From NCBI RefSeq assembly GCF_009914755.1, contig NC_060933.1: DNA of 64,000 nucleotides; one strand, 5' to 3'. This document shows positions 37,889 to 53,870 of the stretch, in pieces. Every line of letters starts with the position of its first letter. The stretch's first letter is position 1. Source of the DNA: the human T2T-CHM13v2.0 reference genome, Homo sapiens. The notes below the pieces were generated by a model. That model did not search any database. It saw only the letters and a list, made by a program, of their open reading frames with translations, and was not told the origin of the DNA. Both the position numbers and the translations under genes were made by a program.

Positions 37889-39330
37889 CTAAGAGAACAA
37901 AGGTTAAATCAATATTCAGCTGTACATCAATCCTTGACTATGACAGGCCTATGTTTACTATAAAACACTCACTATTTATTAAAATAGATTTATGACAGAA
38001 AAATATTTAGTAAAAGTTAGGGGAAACCCTCAAATCTAGGAAACAGCAGAAACATTTAAGATAATCACAAAGCAGAAAGAATGTGTGCTTCGCGGCTGAA
38101 ACACAGAATATGATTTAAGCACATTAAAAATTTTTATCCAGGGTTTGATTTGGTCAAAGTAGATTACAATCCTTCCTGTAGTCAGATATATGTAGGTAGG
38201 TATCTGAAGTAGAGATGTAATAATTCTGAGTTGTGAATTATATGAGTAAAACCAGGGGTGGAATTCAGCCTGAATGTACATTTTTCTATTAGTTTTTAAG
38301 TATATAATATTGCCCTGTCTTTTTTTAGTGCTTTTGCTAGTACTAACAAAAATGCCTGTGAACCTGACAAATCCTCTATTTCCACAGTAAGGAACAGTCT
38401 GGTCTCCCTCTCTAACGCAGTGTGCTGTGATGGAGCCGGACGTGAGTGACGCCTCACAGTCACACCTACACTGCTCAGTCAATCAGCATTTCCAGCAGAG
38501 ATTCAGTTTGCTGCTTTTTGCTACTAAGAAGTAGTGGTGATTCATCTCAGCACATACGATATATTCAACCATGGAATTCAAGGCATTCGTGTGAGCTTTA
38601 GGAAGAGGGTGGCACTGTGGTCCTCCACGGCTCACACAGTAAAGCACTGTCAGACACTGTCCTCAGCCACCTAGTGAGTACAACTGCTGAGCATAGTTTC
38701 ATGGCCCACAGAACACATGTGATGAGCAGCAAAAAACATCTGTGAAGATGGACTTCATCCTTGACTCAGGAAAGATTAATCTGGGGTTCTGTTTAAAATC
38801 TGATTAAAATCTGTTTAATCAAAAGCTTTCACATAACTTTTAGTTTAAATAAACTGCTAATGAAAATATGCATTAAATTCAACTATATTTTAGTCACATA
38901 GAGAAAGATCATAATCCATTCAGGAGGAAACTTCAGCAAAAATACTACTAACGTCATCAGTTACTATTACCCTCTTTCCCTGACCCCAGTGTGGTTTGAT
39001 TAGGGCTGCATTCTGACAATCAGGGTATACACCTGGCTCGGCCAAGCTTCAATGAGTCTAAATCTTACAGGATATTTTCACATCCAAAAAATACTGGAGA
39101 AAAGCTACAAAATGTTACAGGAGTCTTATGATCCAACACAAGTACAGGGAGTTTATGCTCTAACCCAAGAATTGCAAAAAACAAAAACCAAATATCAAAG
39201 TGCTGTACTTTCTTTTGCCGAATTCTGCCCACCATCACTCTACTTCTATCCAGGTTGGAGCTCTGGAGGGCTCACAGTTGCCACCCTCATCCTAAAGCTC
39301 ATACAGGTGACTTTTTTTTTTTAATAGTGA

Positions 39331-40810
<1,480 letters not shown>

Positions 40811-40897
40811 AAGCCCATAGCTTGTCTGAACAGTCATACTTAAATTTTAAAAAGAAAAAAAAAAAAATCAAGAAAATGCTACAGGTGAACTACTTAC

Positions 40898-40969
40898 CTC
40901 TTTAATTTTAGAAGCAAGTTCCTGCCTTTCCTTAGAAACTTTGGAAATGTTTTCATCTAATTCTTGCCT
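40898..40969 (-). CDS. SETX: Senataxin exon 18 (72 nt)
   Basis: Acceptor ttttttccag|AGG, donor GAG|gtaagt; encodes RQELDENISKVSKERQELASKIKE. Confidence 0.95.
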
Positions 40970-41989
40970 CTGGAAAAAAATTCAAATGTCACAATTAAAA
41001 CTAAACTAAGCATTTTTAAATGCCTTCCAATGGACTACCTCTAATTTTAAAAGAGCCTGTATTTCACCAATGAAAAATGTATTTACCCAGCTTATTTCCT
41101 CTTTACCACTGGAGTCCTGACACACTCTGTATGCTGCTGCGTAAGACTCAGCTGTGTTCTGTGCGCTGCACGTGAGCTGTCTGCTTAGCATTCCAGCACT
41201 GGGAGCATCACGCCACCCTTAACTTCCAGGTGATTCAAATGAGGCTGTAAATCACACCCCAACCATTCCTCTGGCCACAGTGATGGGCATCTAACACAGG
41301 CCTGGCCAATCATGCACCCATCTTCTTAAAAATAGGGATTAGACCTGCTTGCTCACCCAGGGACTAAACTAACTGCTTCTTTGGATATATGGATGCTAAG
41401 AGAAAGACTTTCTCTCCCTCTGGGGTTTCAAAGCTGAGATGGTGGAAGCCCTGAGATGCTGACACTCACCTTTCTCAGAAGAAATGGCTGACACACAGAA
41501 AAACAAATTATGGAGTGGAGAAATGATATCATGTGACCCTCTGGATCCACCCATACTGAAGCTAATTCCCTTTCTGTCTAACCTAATTTGAACTGGGCTC
41601 AACATGCAACTGAAAGGCAACTAATAAACTCAGTATAGCTTTAATATAAGGCAGTACAGCCTATAAGCCAAATGCAAGGCCATGTGCAGGGACTCATGCC
41701 TGTAATCCTGGCACTTTGGGAGGCTAAGGTGAGAGGACTGCTTGAGGCAAGAAGTTCAGACCACCCTGGGCAACATGGCAAGACCCAGTTTCTACAGAAA
41801 ACAAACAAAAAAATTAGCCAGGCATGATGGCACACGGCTGTAGTCCCAGCTACTCAAGAGGCTGAGGCAGAAAGACAGCTCACTTGAGTCCAAGAGCTTG
41901 AGGCTAAATTGAACCACAACTGCACCACTGCACTCCAGCCTGGGCCACAAAGTGAGACCCTATCTCAAAAACAAACAAAAACGCAACAC

Positions 41990-42170
41990 CCCATCTATTT
42001 TCGTAAATAAAGTTCTACTGGAACACAGCCACATCCATTTGTTTATGTATTATCTATGGCTGCCTTTGTGCTACCAAAAGCAGAGTTGAATAGCTGCAAC
42101 AGAAACCAACCATATGGCTTGCAAAGCCTAAAATCTTTACTAGAATATCTTGCCCTTTACAAAAAAGTTT
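41990..42170. mobile_element. MER58-type hAT fossil
   Basis: gtaaataaagttctactggaacacagccac...gcaaagcctaaaat...gccctttacaaaaaagttt. Confidence 0.7.
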
Positions 42171-42710
42171 TTAAAAAGATTTTTAACAAAAGTAATTTTA
42201 ATAAAAGAAAAAATGAAAAAAAAAATTAAAACCAAAAGGACAAAAAAAAAAAAAGCAGAAAGAAATGTGTTAATCTGAGACACATTTTTAGTGTCTTAGT
42301 ACACATTTTTATACATGAATCATGCCATTCCCCAATAAATAAAGGGCATTAAATACTCATTAATTAGGCTGGTCGCAATGGCTCATGCCTGTAATCCCAG
42401 CACTTTGGGATGCTGAGGTGGGCAGATCAACTTGAGGCCGGGAGTTCGAGACTAGCCTGGCCAACATGGTGAAACCCCATCTCCATTAAAAATACAGAAA
42501 ATTAGCCAGGTGTGCCGGCACAACCTTGTAATCCCACCTACTCGGGAGGCTGAGGCAGGAGGATCACCTGAACCCAGGAAGGTGAGGCTGCAGTGAGTCA
42601 GGATTGTGCTACTGCACTCCAGCCTGGAAGACAGAGCAAGACTCTGTCTCAAAAAAAACTTGTTAACTAGTTCGTATACCTGAGTTATTATTCAAGAAAT
42701 GCAAAGATAC

Positions 42711-42826
42711 CTGTATTTCCCGTCCACCTCGGCATAGAGCTCGCTGCCGGGAAAGCTCATCCAGCTGATAATCTAGAAATTCCTTTCTTTTATGCATCGC
42801 CTGAACATGAGAAGGTAACTCTTTTT
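42711..42826 (-). CDS. SETX: Senataxin exon 17 (116 nt)
   Basis: Acceptor ttttattag|AA, donor CAG|gtatct; encodes (K)KELPSHVQAMHKRKEFLDYQLDELSRQRALCRGGREIQ. Confidence 0.95.
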
Positions 42827-43024
42827 CTAATAAAAATAACAAATAAAAAATTATATGCTATTCTAATTCTAACAAACTCACACACATATACAACACAATG
42901 AGAAGGAAAATTAGTTCCCAAAGCCAGACTAATTCTGGAGGCTTCAAATTACCTTTAGTGCCCAAGTCATTTTCCACCAAACAAAACAGAGAAAACACTA
43001 GTATATACCACATTCAGTACTTAC

Positions 43025-43126
43025 TCATTCTGTGGTTTACTTGGCTGTCCAAACTGAACTTTAGAACCTCACTATTAATAGACTTTTCTGGACCCAGTCG
43101 TACTAAATTTATATCTCCACAGTTTC
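43025..43126 (-). CDS. SETX: Senataxin exon 16 (102 nt)
   Basis: Acceptor tcaacag|GA, donor TGA|gtaagt; encodes (G)NCGDINLVRLGPEKSINSEVLKFSLDSQVNHRM(K). Confidence 0.96.
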
Positions 43127-43501
43127 CTGTTGATAAGAATCACAGTTAAGGACTAATAAGGACACTGCTGATCAATCCTGTCTCTATACATAGTATCTAT
43201 ATTTCTAAGTAAATATGTTAATAATCAGAGAAGGGAGCAAACATGAACTTCCAATTAACCAGACACCAGGGACTACACCACAAACTTCTTATACATTATT
43301 TCAGATATTGTTCCTAACAATCCTATAAGGCAAGTAGTTATCATTTCTACCTAATAAAGGTTAGCAAGGCCATCTAAACAGTACACTACAGAGTTGAGAT
43401 TCTATTACAGTAACATTTTCAAACTATGTTCAGTAGGACATTCCATAGCAAAATAGTTTCAAGAAAAATGATGAGATAAAATAAACGAAGCAGTTCTCTC
43501 A

Positions 43502-44046
43502 TGTTGGGGAAAGGGCTTGTGGGGTGCCTGCATAAACCAGCCATAAAAATATGGAACAGTAAGTTGTAGAAAGCCACAAGAGGCCTCTGAGGAGTAAAGC
43601 CTTCTAATTGCCATCATGTTCCCATGACCAGAATGTGACCTGCTCTCCTATCTATAAACACTGTGCTCAAGGAGAAAGATACTCCTTTGAAGCACTGGAA
43701 TGTGGCCAGATATGCCAGCTCCTAGTTAGGCCCACTCCCCACAGCTGCTCTCTGATAAGTTAAAAAATAAATCAGTAGTTAAGTTTATACTGCTTCAGCA
43801 CAAAGAAAATTTACCTAAACCGCCATTCCTATACATTAGGTGTATGACACACGGCTCTCCTTTCACCATTTCACTATTTATTTCAATAAATAGTGTGGAG
43901 ATCATAGCTTGGAGCCTTTGCAGCCTCTGATTTGCTCTGGCCCCCTGGTTCCCTCCTTTATGAACTCTTAACCTGTCTCTTCTCATTTCTTTGTCACCAC
44001 TGCACTTCGGGTACCCTACGGGTGGTATTGAGGCTGATCCCCAACA
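43502..44046 (+). mobile_element. ERVK-class solo LTR (LTR14 / HERV-K(C4), HML-10-like), 545 bp, antisense in SETX intron 15
   Basis: Terminal inverted repeat TGTTGGGGA...TCCCCAACA, 6-bp TSD ctctca/ctctta (1 mismatch), AATAAA at 43885; family assignment from recollection. Confidence 0.85.
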
Positions 44047-45621
44047 CTCTTAACTGCAGAATATTTCAAAAACTTTTATATGTTATATATTAATATGTAA
44101 TTTTCAGAACAGAATCTTATTTGACCATCGAGCCTTCTTTTGCAGAATACTCAGAATAAAGCTTTTAAAACTATGTTCCACATCACCTTGATACTCTAGA
44201 AACTAAGGGACACAAGATGATAGAAATTCTTGGATATAATAATTGCAAGAACTATAAAAACCAATTTAACCTGCCTGTTTACTAACCACATTTTAATCTC
44301 AGGTTAACACATTGCTTTCTTCTTGTCCTTTTGGTTTTAATGTTTTTGTTTTTTTCTTTTATTATAATTTCTTCTATTGGGTTTTTTAAAATCTTTTTTC
44401 TGACCAGGCACAATGGCTCACGCCTATAATCCCAGCACTTTGGGAGATATAAGTGGGCAAATCACTTGAGGTAAGGAGTTTGAGACGAGCCTGGCCAACA
44501 TGGCAAAACCCCATTTCTACTAAAAATAAAAAAATTAGCCAGGCATGGTGGCACACACCTGTAATCTCAGCTACTCAGGAGGCTGAGGCTGGAAAGTTGC
44601 CTGAACCCAGGAGGTGGAAGTTGCAGTAAGCCAAAGATTGCACCACTGCACTCCAGCCTGGGTGACAGAGCAAGACTCCGTCTCAAAAAAACAAACAAAA
44701 AAACACCTTTATTCGTCTTTATTTTTTTTCCCACGTGTTATTATTTTATTTAAAAATTCTCCATTACAAGGCTGGGCACAGTGGCTCACACCTGTAATCC
44801 CAGCACTCTGGGAGGCCAAGGCAGGTGGATCACGAGGTCAGGGGTTTGAGACCAGCCTGGCCAACATGGTGAAACGCCATCTCTACTAAAAATACAAAAA
44901 TTAGCTGGACGTAGTGGCACATGCCTGTAATCCTAGCTACTCGGGAGGCTGAGGCAGGAGAACTGCTTGAACCCAGAAGGTGGAGGTTGCGGTGAGCTGA
45001 AATCGCGCCACTGTACTCTGGCCTGGGAGACAGAGCGAGACTCCGTCTCAAAAAAAAAAAAAAAAAAAAAAAAAAATTCACCACTACAGCCAGGTGCAGC
45101 GGCTCAGGGCTGTAATCCTAGCACTTTGGGAGGCCAAGGTAGGCAGATCGCTTGAATCCAGGAGTCTGAGACCAGCCTGGGCAACATGATGAAACTCCAC
45201 CTCTATCAAAATTGACAAAAATTAGCCAGGCGTGGTGGCCTCCCCCTGTGGTCCCAGCTACTTGGAAGGCAGAGATGGGGGTATTGCTTGAGCAGGGGAG
45301 GCAAGACCAGTTTCATAAATAAATAAATAAATAAATAAATATTCCCCACTATATCACTGGGCTAAATTATGCAATCATGTAGAGTTTGTCAGCATTTATT
45401 CTAATTGGACACGTCACAGTTATTTGTTTACTGTCTATCTCCATCCTTTAAATGTTAAGCCCCAAAAGAATAGGGTTTTGATCACCACCTAGAAGAGTGG
45501 TGGGCACATAATAAATACAATGATTATATGAAAAATGAATGGCTTATTTTTAGTTATCTACAGCATATTTTTTATCCCAGTTCAGCTCATTTTCCTAAAT
45601 TTAAGGTCAACATTTACTTGA

Positions 45622-45846
<225 letters not shown>

Positions 45847-47046
45847 TAGCCAGGATGGTGTTGATCTCCTGACCTCGTGATCCACCTGCCTTGGCCTCCC
45901 AAAGTGCTGGGATTACAGGAGTGAGCCACCTCGCCCGGCCTGAAAATTTCTTAATTCACTTACGTTTCCACTAGAAAGGTAGATGAGATTACCTGGAAAC
46001 CCACCTACTATAAGCACCCAGAAATGTTCCGCAAATTATAACAGATATCCTTTACACTGCTGGGTAAGCTCAGGGGAATGTTAAGAGAAATCCCTAGAGG
46101 CCAAAAACAGAGAGAGAGCTGAAAACCAGATTTGAAAGCCCCTGAGCTGTTGTGGCACCCGTAAGGGAGCAAGGCTGGGCAGTGTCTAGGTGCCTGGGTG
46201 TCTGTTTTGTTCTTTAACATTCTTGAGGTATAATTTACATTCAGTAAAATGAACAGACTTTAAAATTCTATTGAGTTTGACATTGCTAAAGCTACCATTC
46301 CAATAAAAACATATAAATTTCTACAATGGGAGCTTGCTAATGCCCACAAGAAAGTAGAGGGGCCTGAAAGAGGTGGAAGAATTAAAAACAAGTGTAATTA
46401 TCTTGGCTTAGGCTCAGCTGGGCCAGGAAAAATGATTTTAATTAAAATATAAACTATTAATCAAGTGATTTAATTAAATTTAATTCCATCTATTAATTAC
46501 TGATTTAGATAAAATAATTTTAAAATAATTTATTTTTTCTGGCTTACAAAAAATAAATTTTCTCCTTATACTTTCCTACCCCTAAGCCTGTGTCACATGT
46601 GCATTTAGGGAATAAATATATAATACAGCAAACGTGGTCAGGGGCAGTGTCTCATGCCTGTAATCCCAGCACCTTGGGAGGCTGAGGCAAGAGCATTGCT
46701 TGAAGCCAGCCTGGGCAACACGAGGAGACCCTGTCTCTACAACAAAAATTTAAAAATTAACCCAGTGTGATGGCAAACCTGCAGATCCAGCTACTTGGGA
46801 GGCTGAGGCAGGAAGATCACTTGAGCCCAGGAGGGCAAGGCTGCACTGAGCCATGATCATGCCAATGTACCCCAGCCTGAGCTGGGGTACAAAAAAAAAA
46901 AAAAAAAAAAAAGAAAACATGATTAGACTTATAATCATTAATGACATTTAAACAGCAAATAGAAATTTACTTATTCTGTTAAAAAAAAGACAACAAATAA
47001 AGACAACAAATACAATACTAATAACAAATTAGCCTTCAAGAAATAG

Positions 47047-47276
<230 letters not shown>

Positions 47277-47849
47277 TAATTTTTTGTGTTTTCAGTAGAG
47301 ACTGGGTTTCACCGTGTTAGCCAGGATGGTTTCGATCTCCTGACCTGGTGATCTGCCCGCCTCTGCCTCCCAAAGTGCTGGAATTACAGGCGTCAGCCAC
47401 CGCACCTGGCCCCAACTCATTTTTTAAAGCCTGTGTAACTTCAATACTAAAACTAGACAAATACAGTGTAACAAAAATTACAGGCTGGCCTCATTTATGA
47501 ACATTAATTTCAAAGTCCTAAATAAAACATTAGCAATCTAGCAGTGTATTAAAAACTAATACAAGACACCAAGGTGTCCTTATTCCCTAAGAATCAAAGA
47601 TATTTTAACATCAGAAAAATACTATAATTTACCATATTAACAGATTAAAGAAAATTTTCATTACCATTTGAAGCATGCAATAAAATTCAACACCCATTCA
47701 TAACAAAAACACTAATGAGAAAGCAACTCTTTAACCTGGTAACGGGTATACACAAAACCCAGAAGCATTATACTTAATGGAGAGACGTTCAAGTCATTTC
47801 CTTAAAGGAGACCCAGGACCACAGGAAATAGTGAAAATGAAAGTACTGA

Positions 47850-48201
<352 letters not shown>

Positions 48202-48278
48202 TAAAAAAAAAATAAGGCTGGACGTGGTGGCTCATGCCTGTAACCCCAGCACTTTGGGAGGCCGAGGCAGGCAGATCA

Positions 48279-48554
<276 letters not shown>

Positions 48555-49049
48555 TTAGTCCTGGCCCGGCTGTGCAGTCAACATACACCTGAAAAGCAGC
48601 TTAAGCTCACGCCACCAGGGAAAGTTAAATTAAAACTACCAACTGTACACTGCACAGGGACTGCTCTCAGGAGCTAACTGGTACAATCACTTTCAAGAAG
48701 AATTTGGCACTACCTAGAAAACTGAAGATGTACAAACTCTTGAACCCCCACATTTTCAATTCTAGATATACATATGCTAGATACCCATGTTTTAATAAAG
48801 TTTTGTAATGCTCAAGTTTGAAATAAAAAATTGAAAAGAAACTAAATTATCAATGAATAAATGTTGCACACCTTCAATGAAACACCCTATAGCAGTTAAT
48901 ATGAGTGACTGCAGCTATTCACAAAATCAATCTCACAAATGTAAAGGCAAGTGGAAAAAAGTAAATCAGAGACTGACAATGTATTGTATGTTTTAAGAGC
49001 AAATGAATTCTACGTGTAGGTAATACATATGTGATACAAAGGAAAATGT

Positions 49050-49440
49050 GTGTGATTCCTCAGAATAAAGATGACATGTTCCAGCCTCTCTTATACCTCG
49101 GTGTGGCCGAAAGGAAATAAGCAGAGGCGCTATTGGCAGGACCTAGAAACTTTCCTTGTAACATAGCTAGTATGTTCCCTCTGCCCCTTCTTCATCTTTT
49201 CCTCACACTTGCTGGAGCTGGAGCAGCTATCCTGACCGCAGGTGCACTCGAGAATGGAGGCCACACATGGTGAAGCAACCAGATGGAGGCTGGGTCTCCA
49301 AGGACTCTCTAAGGCAGAGTAGCCATACCAGTGACTCTGGTACCAGTTCTGAACTGCCCACCTCTGGGTTTTTGATTTTTAAAAAAAAGAAGTAAACTTC
49401 TGTTATATTTAAAAGCCACTGTATTTGGAGTCTGCTAAAT
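49050..49440 (+). mobile_element. MLT1-type (ERVL-MaLR) LTR fossil
   Basis: gctggagcagctatcctgacc...gtaaacttctgttatatttaaaagccactgtatttggagtctg. Confidence 0.55.
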
Positions 49441-50346
49441 CAAATCCTGTTAAAAGGCACTGTTAGGTATCCTTAAGGAAAACTAAATTTGGTAGGGAAG
49501 ACAAGACATATGAGCTTGGAAAGGTCATCAAATACAAAGCCATAACTATACCACTCAACACAAGTGATATGAAAAATAAGTGTTAAGGTTAAATAAAATG
49601 AAATAATTTCACATCTTCACTTTAGTGCCCTGAATCATCCGTTGTAATGCTCATTATTATCTACATTCTACCGAAAAAAGTTATCCCTCTAGTGTATTTA
49701 ACATTTCTAAGCTTCAGTTTCCCCACCTATAAAATACAGATGGTAGGGTTAACACCAAGTTCATGGGATTATTTTGAGAATTACTGACACACAGTCAACA
49801 CTCAGTGACTGTAAACAATGACTGTTTTCACTGTTTTCAATAAGCTTGTGCTTACTCAAAGCCTCATCTTTCACCGCCACCTAATGCTCTGGGAACCTCA
49901 AGAACCATCTGAGGCTCTCTTGCCCTGATTCTTTTTTTTTATGGCAATCTCTGCTGCTCAAGTACTCCCTAACCCTCTACTGCCTGTGGCTAACTCCTAA
50001 CTGCCCTTCTCTAACCCTCACACAACTGAATCAGGGTCCCCCTAAGGTGTGTGGAACACCCCACATTTTAGCCTCACTGTGGAACTTATCACTCTGTACT
50101 GACCTCTCCACTTCCTCACTAGGCCGTGTGTCTCCTTGAAGACTTCACTGATGAAACCTCAGTACCTGGCACAGGCCCTGGCACAGGGTAAATGTTCAAT
50201 GAAATACTTGCTAAATGAACTCACAAGCCACAGATTCAAGTAGAAGCTATTACCAGGACTGGCCTGCTCTTTCCTTTGTCATTCAAAGTTGCCTACACTT
50301 AACACTGAAAACAAAAACAAATTTAAAATCCACAAAAGTATCATAC

Positions 50347-50503
50347 CTAAAGGATTCTTCTTGTCTTTACATTTTTCTTTGAATTCAAGGATAATTTTTT
50401 TCATGAGTTCATCAACAGCTGCATTGGAAGGTGCACACACGAGGACACGGTTTTGTTTGATTTTGGCATTGGAGTTTTCGTCTGAATGCCCCTTCCTCTG
50501 GTT
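50347..50503 (-). CDS. SETX: Senataxin exon 15 (157 nt), motif Ia
   Basis: Acceptor attgtag|AAC, donor TAG|gtatga; encodes NQRKGHSDENSNAKIKQNRVLVCAPSNAAVDELMKK...KNPL(G). Confidence 0.97.
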
Positions 50504-50729
50504 CTACAATTTGCCACATATACATACCAAACAAACACACAAAAAATATGGGTGAGCTCTATTACATAGCTTTAAAGTTTGTCTTTACTTCCATGTATTT
50601 TTGAAAGTTCTCGTAATAAAGTTAAAAATAAATAAAAGCATCTACATCTAACACTGATATTTAAAATTACTCCAGCAAAAAAATTTGTCATAACTGCTCT
50701 GAGCCTTACTTTATCATCCACTTACTTTA

Positions 50730-50951
<222 letters not shown>

Positions 50952-51361
50952 TCACTTGACCTGGGAGGCAGAGGTTGCTGTGAGTCAAGATCGTGCCACT
51001 GTACCCTAACCTGGATGACAGCGAGACACTGTCTCAAAAAAAAAAAACAAAAAACCACAATCCAACCAAAATGCAGCCCAGCATTCACAGCATTCTACGT
51101 GACCTACCGTGAAGCCTGAAGACCATCATTCTAGTCCTTACGATTTGTTTCACATAAGATAGTGGTTTTTTCCTCTTTTTATTTCCCATAACCTTCCCTC
51201 CCTCTGCCACCCTTTTCTCTGACACAGTTACACACAATATAAAAAATATATACAAATCAAAGAGGAAATGGCATGTTAATACTTATTTACATGTCAGTTA
51301 ACTCAAGTAAAGTAAAATGATACAGCTAGTTAACAGCATCAGTGCCCTCACCCATACCTAC

Positions 51362-51529
51362 CTCTGTCAGTAGACGATAGAGGAGGCCAACAATAGTTTT
51401 TGATTTTCCTGTTCCAGGTGGTCCATGAATCAAGCAGATTTTGGCAACTGATGGTGAGTGTTTCACCATAGCATATGCAGTTTCTATTGCTTTCTTTTGA
51501 TCTTCATTGAAATCTCTTAAGTACGCAAT
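51362..51529 (-). CDS. SETX: Senataxin exon 14 (168 nt), Walker A / motif I
   Basis: Acceptor ttttatatag|ATT, donor GAG|gtaggt; encodes IAYLRDFNEDQKKAI...LIHGPPGTGKSKTIVGLLYRLLTE. Confidence 0.97.
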
Positions 51530-52554
51530 CTATATAAAAAACACATTTTTGAGAATGAGTTGCTGTTTCTGTAGTGGAATTTGAAAGGAAGAACATGAAA
51601 AAGACCTGTCCAAATTTCTTTCAATGCATGAGACAAAAGCTTTGGTTATGGTCAGACAAGACAAGGACACCAAAGTGACCTTTAATCTAAAAAGCACGTT
51701 CACTACTGGAAAGAAAGCTAATTACTTACTAATTACTAATTAGTGTCTGTAACGCTTCAAGTACTTACAAATACAACTGTACTTTTATTTTTTATTCTTA
51801 CAAAGATAATCACAATAAATTGCATTTACTAATCCACAACTTTTCTTCTATTTACTACTCTGTTTTTTTCCTTCTTTAGTCAATTTTCTCCTTAGTGAAA
51901 ACATCCCAAGACTATTTATTTCCTAGCACATGTGATACAGTGGAAAAAGCATGTATGCCAGGGGAAGATCTGGGTGTAAGCTTCACTTGCACTTACAAGC
52001 TAGGCCACTACGCTCCTAACCCAAGCCTTGGCCTCTGTTACTCATTAAATCTAGGATTCCTTAAGAGGTGAGAACAGACTGAGATAATGCACATGAAAGC
52101 CATAGCATACAGCTCTAGAGTTTCTAAATAGTTAGTTTCCTTTTGCATTTCTCTGTTAACTTCCTAGAGTTTATACACAGCTTCACATGTTCAGTTGACA
52201 ACTTCATCTTTGCATTTCCAACAATACCGGCCAATTCTCCATCAATCATTCAAATGTAAATTTAACACCACTAAACCTGAGACTTCTCACCTAATGCACA
52301 TTAAGTAGGCTGCTGACCTAACATTTTAATGTTGCTCTTCCAGCAACCTTCGACGCTTATTGTACTGTACCTTTTCCTGAAGTGAGCTGACTTAACCTAA
52401 ATTACATACTTTGCAATACTAAAGAAAACTAACACTAAACTGTTCACCGTGAACACATTTTTGTTGTAAACATATAGGAATACATAGCAGCTAAAAAATA
52501 TGATGCTTTAACATCTTAACATGAAATTATCTAGTATCATACATCATCACTCAC

Positions 52555-52787
52555 AATTCTCTCAGATGTTGTAGTCAGTAAATCTTTTGTACAGAAGTCC
52601 ATAGGGTTTGGATTCAGAACAGCTCTAGCCAGTTGGTTCCGACTACCCAACAGAGACATGGCTTTCAACTTCCTTTGTGTAGTTACCAGAGAACTGATTA
52701 CAATACAATTCACAAGTTCGTTTAAATTGGCCGGAAAGTTCTCTTGAGTCTGGATGGAAAGGTAACACTCAGTTTTCCCATTACGCA
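52555..52787 (-). CDS. SETX: Senataxin exon 13 (233 nt)
   Basis: Acceptor gatgatag|TG, donor ATT|gtgagt; encodes (M)RNGKTECYLSIQTQENF...TTTSERI (ORF track 52537..52797). Confidence 0.96.
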
Positions 52788-52899
52788 CTATCATCAAGAA
52801 AGAGAAAAAGCAACTTCAGTTATCACTGAATAATGCTGCCTAGTTGTAAAGGTCATGCAGAATTAGGTATTTTTAACATATTTTTGGATATTATTTACA

Positions 52900-53870
52900 T
52901 AATTTACCCAGTAAATATTTATGGACTGCTTCCTGAACCCAGTAATGTTCTGTCCTCCGGAGGCTTATTTTCTAGAAGATGGAGGCAGATAACCAAATAA
53001 ATATGTCAGGTGGTAGTAAGTGCTCTGAAGAAAGCACACAAAGGGAGGAAGTGATGGGGATGGAGGCAGATAAGCTGGTCCGAGAAGGTCTTCCTGATGA
53101 AATATTTGAGCAGAGACTTGAAGTAAGGGAGTAAACAGTACTCAGCAGAGGGTAAATAGTACTACATGCAGAAAATAAGCAACTGCAAAGATCGTAAGAC
53201 AGAGATGTGCCAGGAATATTTTAGAAATAGGGAGAAGGCTAACATGGATAGAAGGAAAAATAGGGAGAAGAACGCTTAGCGACTCAGAGTAAAACGGGGC
53301 TACATTTTATAGGGCTGTGCAGATCACAGTAATGACTCTGAACGCTATTCAGGATCAGGGTAGAAAACCATTGGGCACTCTGTGTAGGGAAATAACATGC
53401 TCTATCTCACAAACTAAAAGAACCACTCTTACCTCAGAACAAAGAATAACTACAATGAGAAAAGTACAGAAACAAAAAGACCACTTACAAGGTTACCATA
53501 GTAATTTAGGTAAAAGTTAATGACAGCTTGGACCAGGAGGCACTAGTAGACGTGGGAACTGGATTTGGGATATATTGCAAAGGAAAAATCAATCATATCT
53601 GCTGACAAATTAGAAGTGAGGTGTGAGAGAAAGTAAGGATCATGGATAACTCCAAGGTTTTTGGCCTGAGTAACTGAAAGAAGTGAGGCCCCAATTAACA
53701 AGATGGGAAAGAATGAAGGAAGTGCAGATGTCAGGCAGAAAATCAAGTGTTAACTTTTGGACTAGTGGATTTGAAATGTCTAACACATTTCCAAATGGAG
53801 GTATCCAAGACATGATTTTGATCTATGAGGAGTTCAGGGAATGAGACTGCCTTAGAACTATAAATTTGGC
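52900..53870. mobile_element. L2 fragment
   Basis: gataactccaaggtttttggcctgagtaactgaaag and related purine-rich L2 3' text. Confidence 0.65.
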
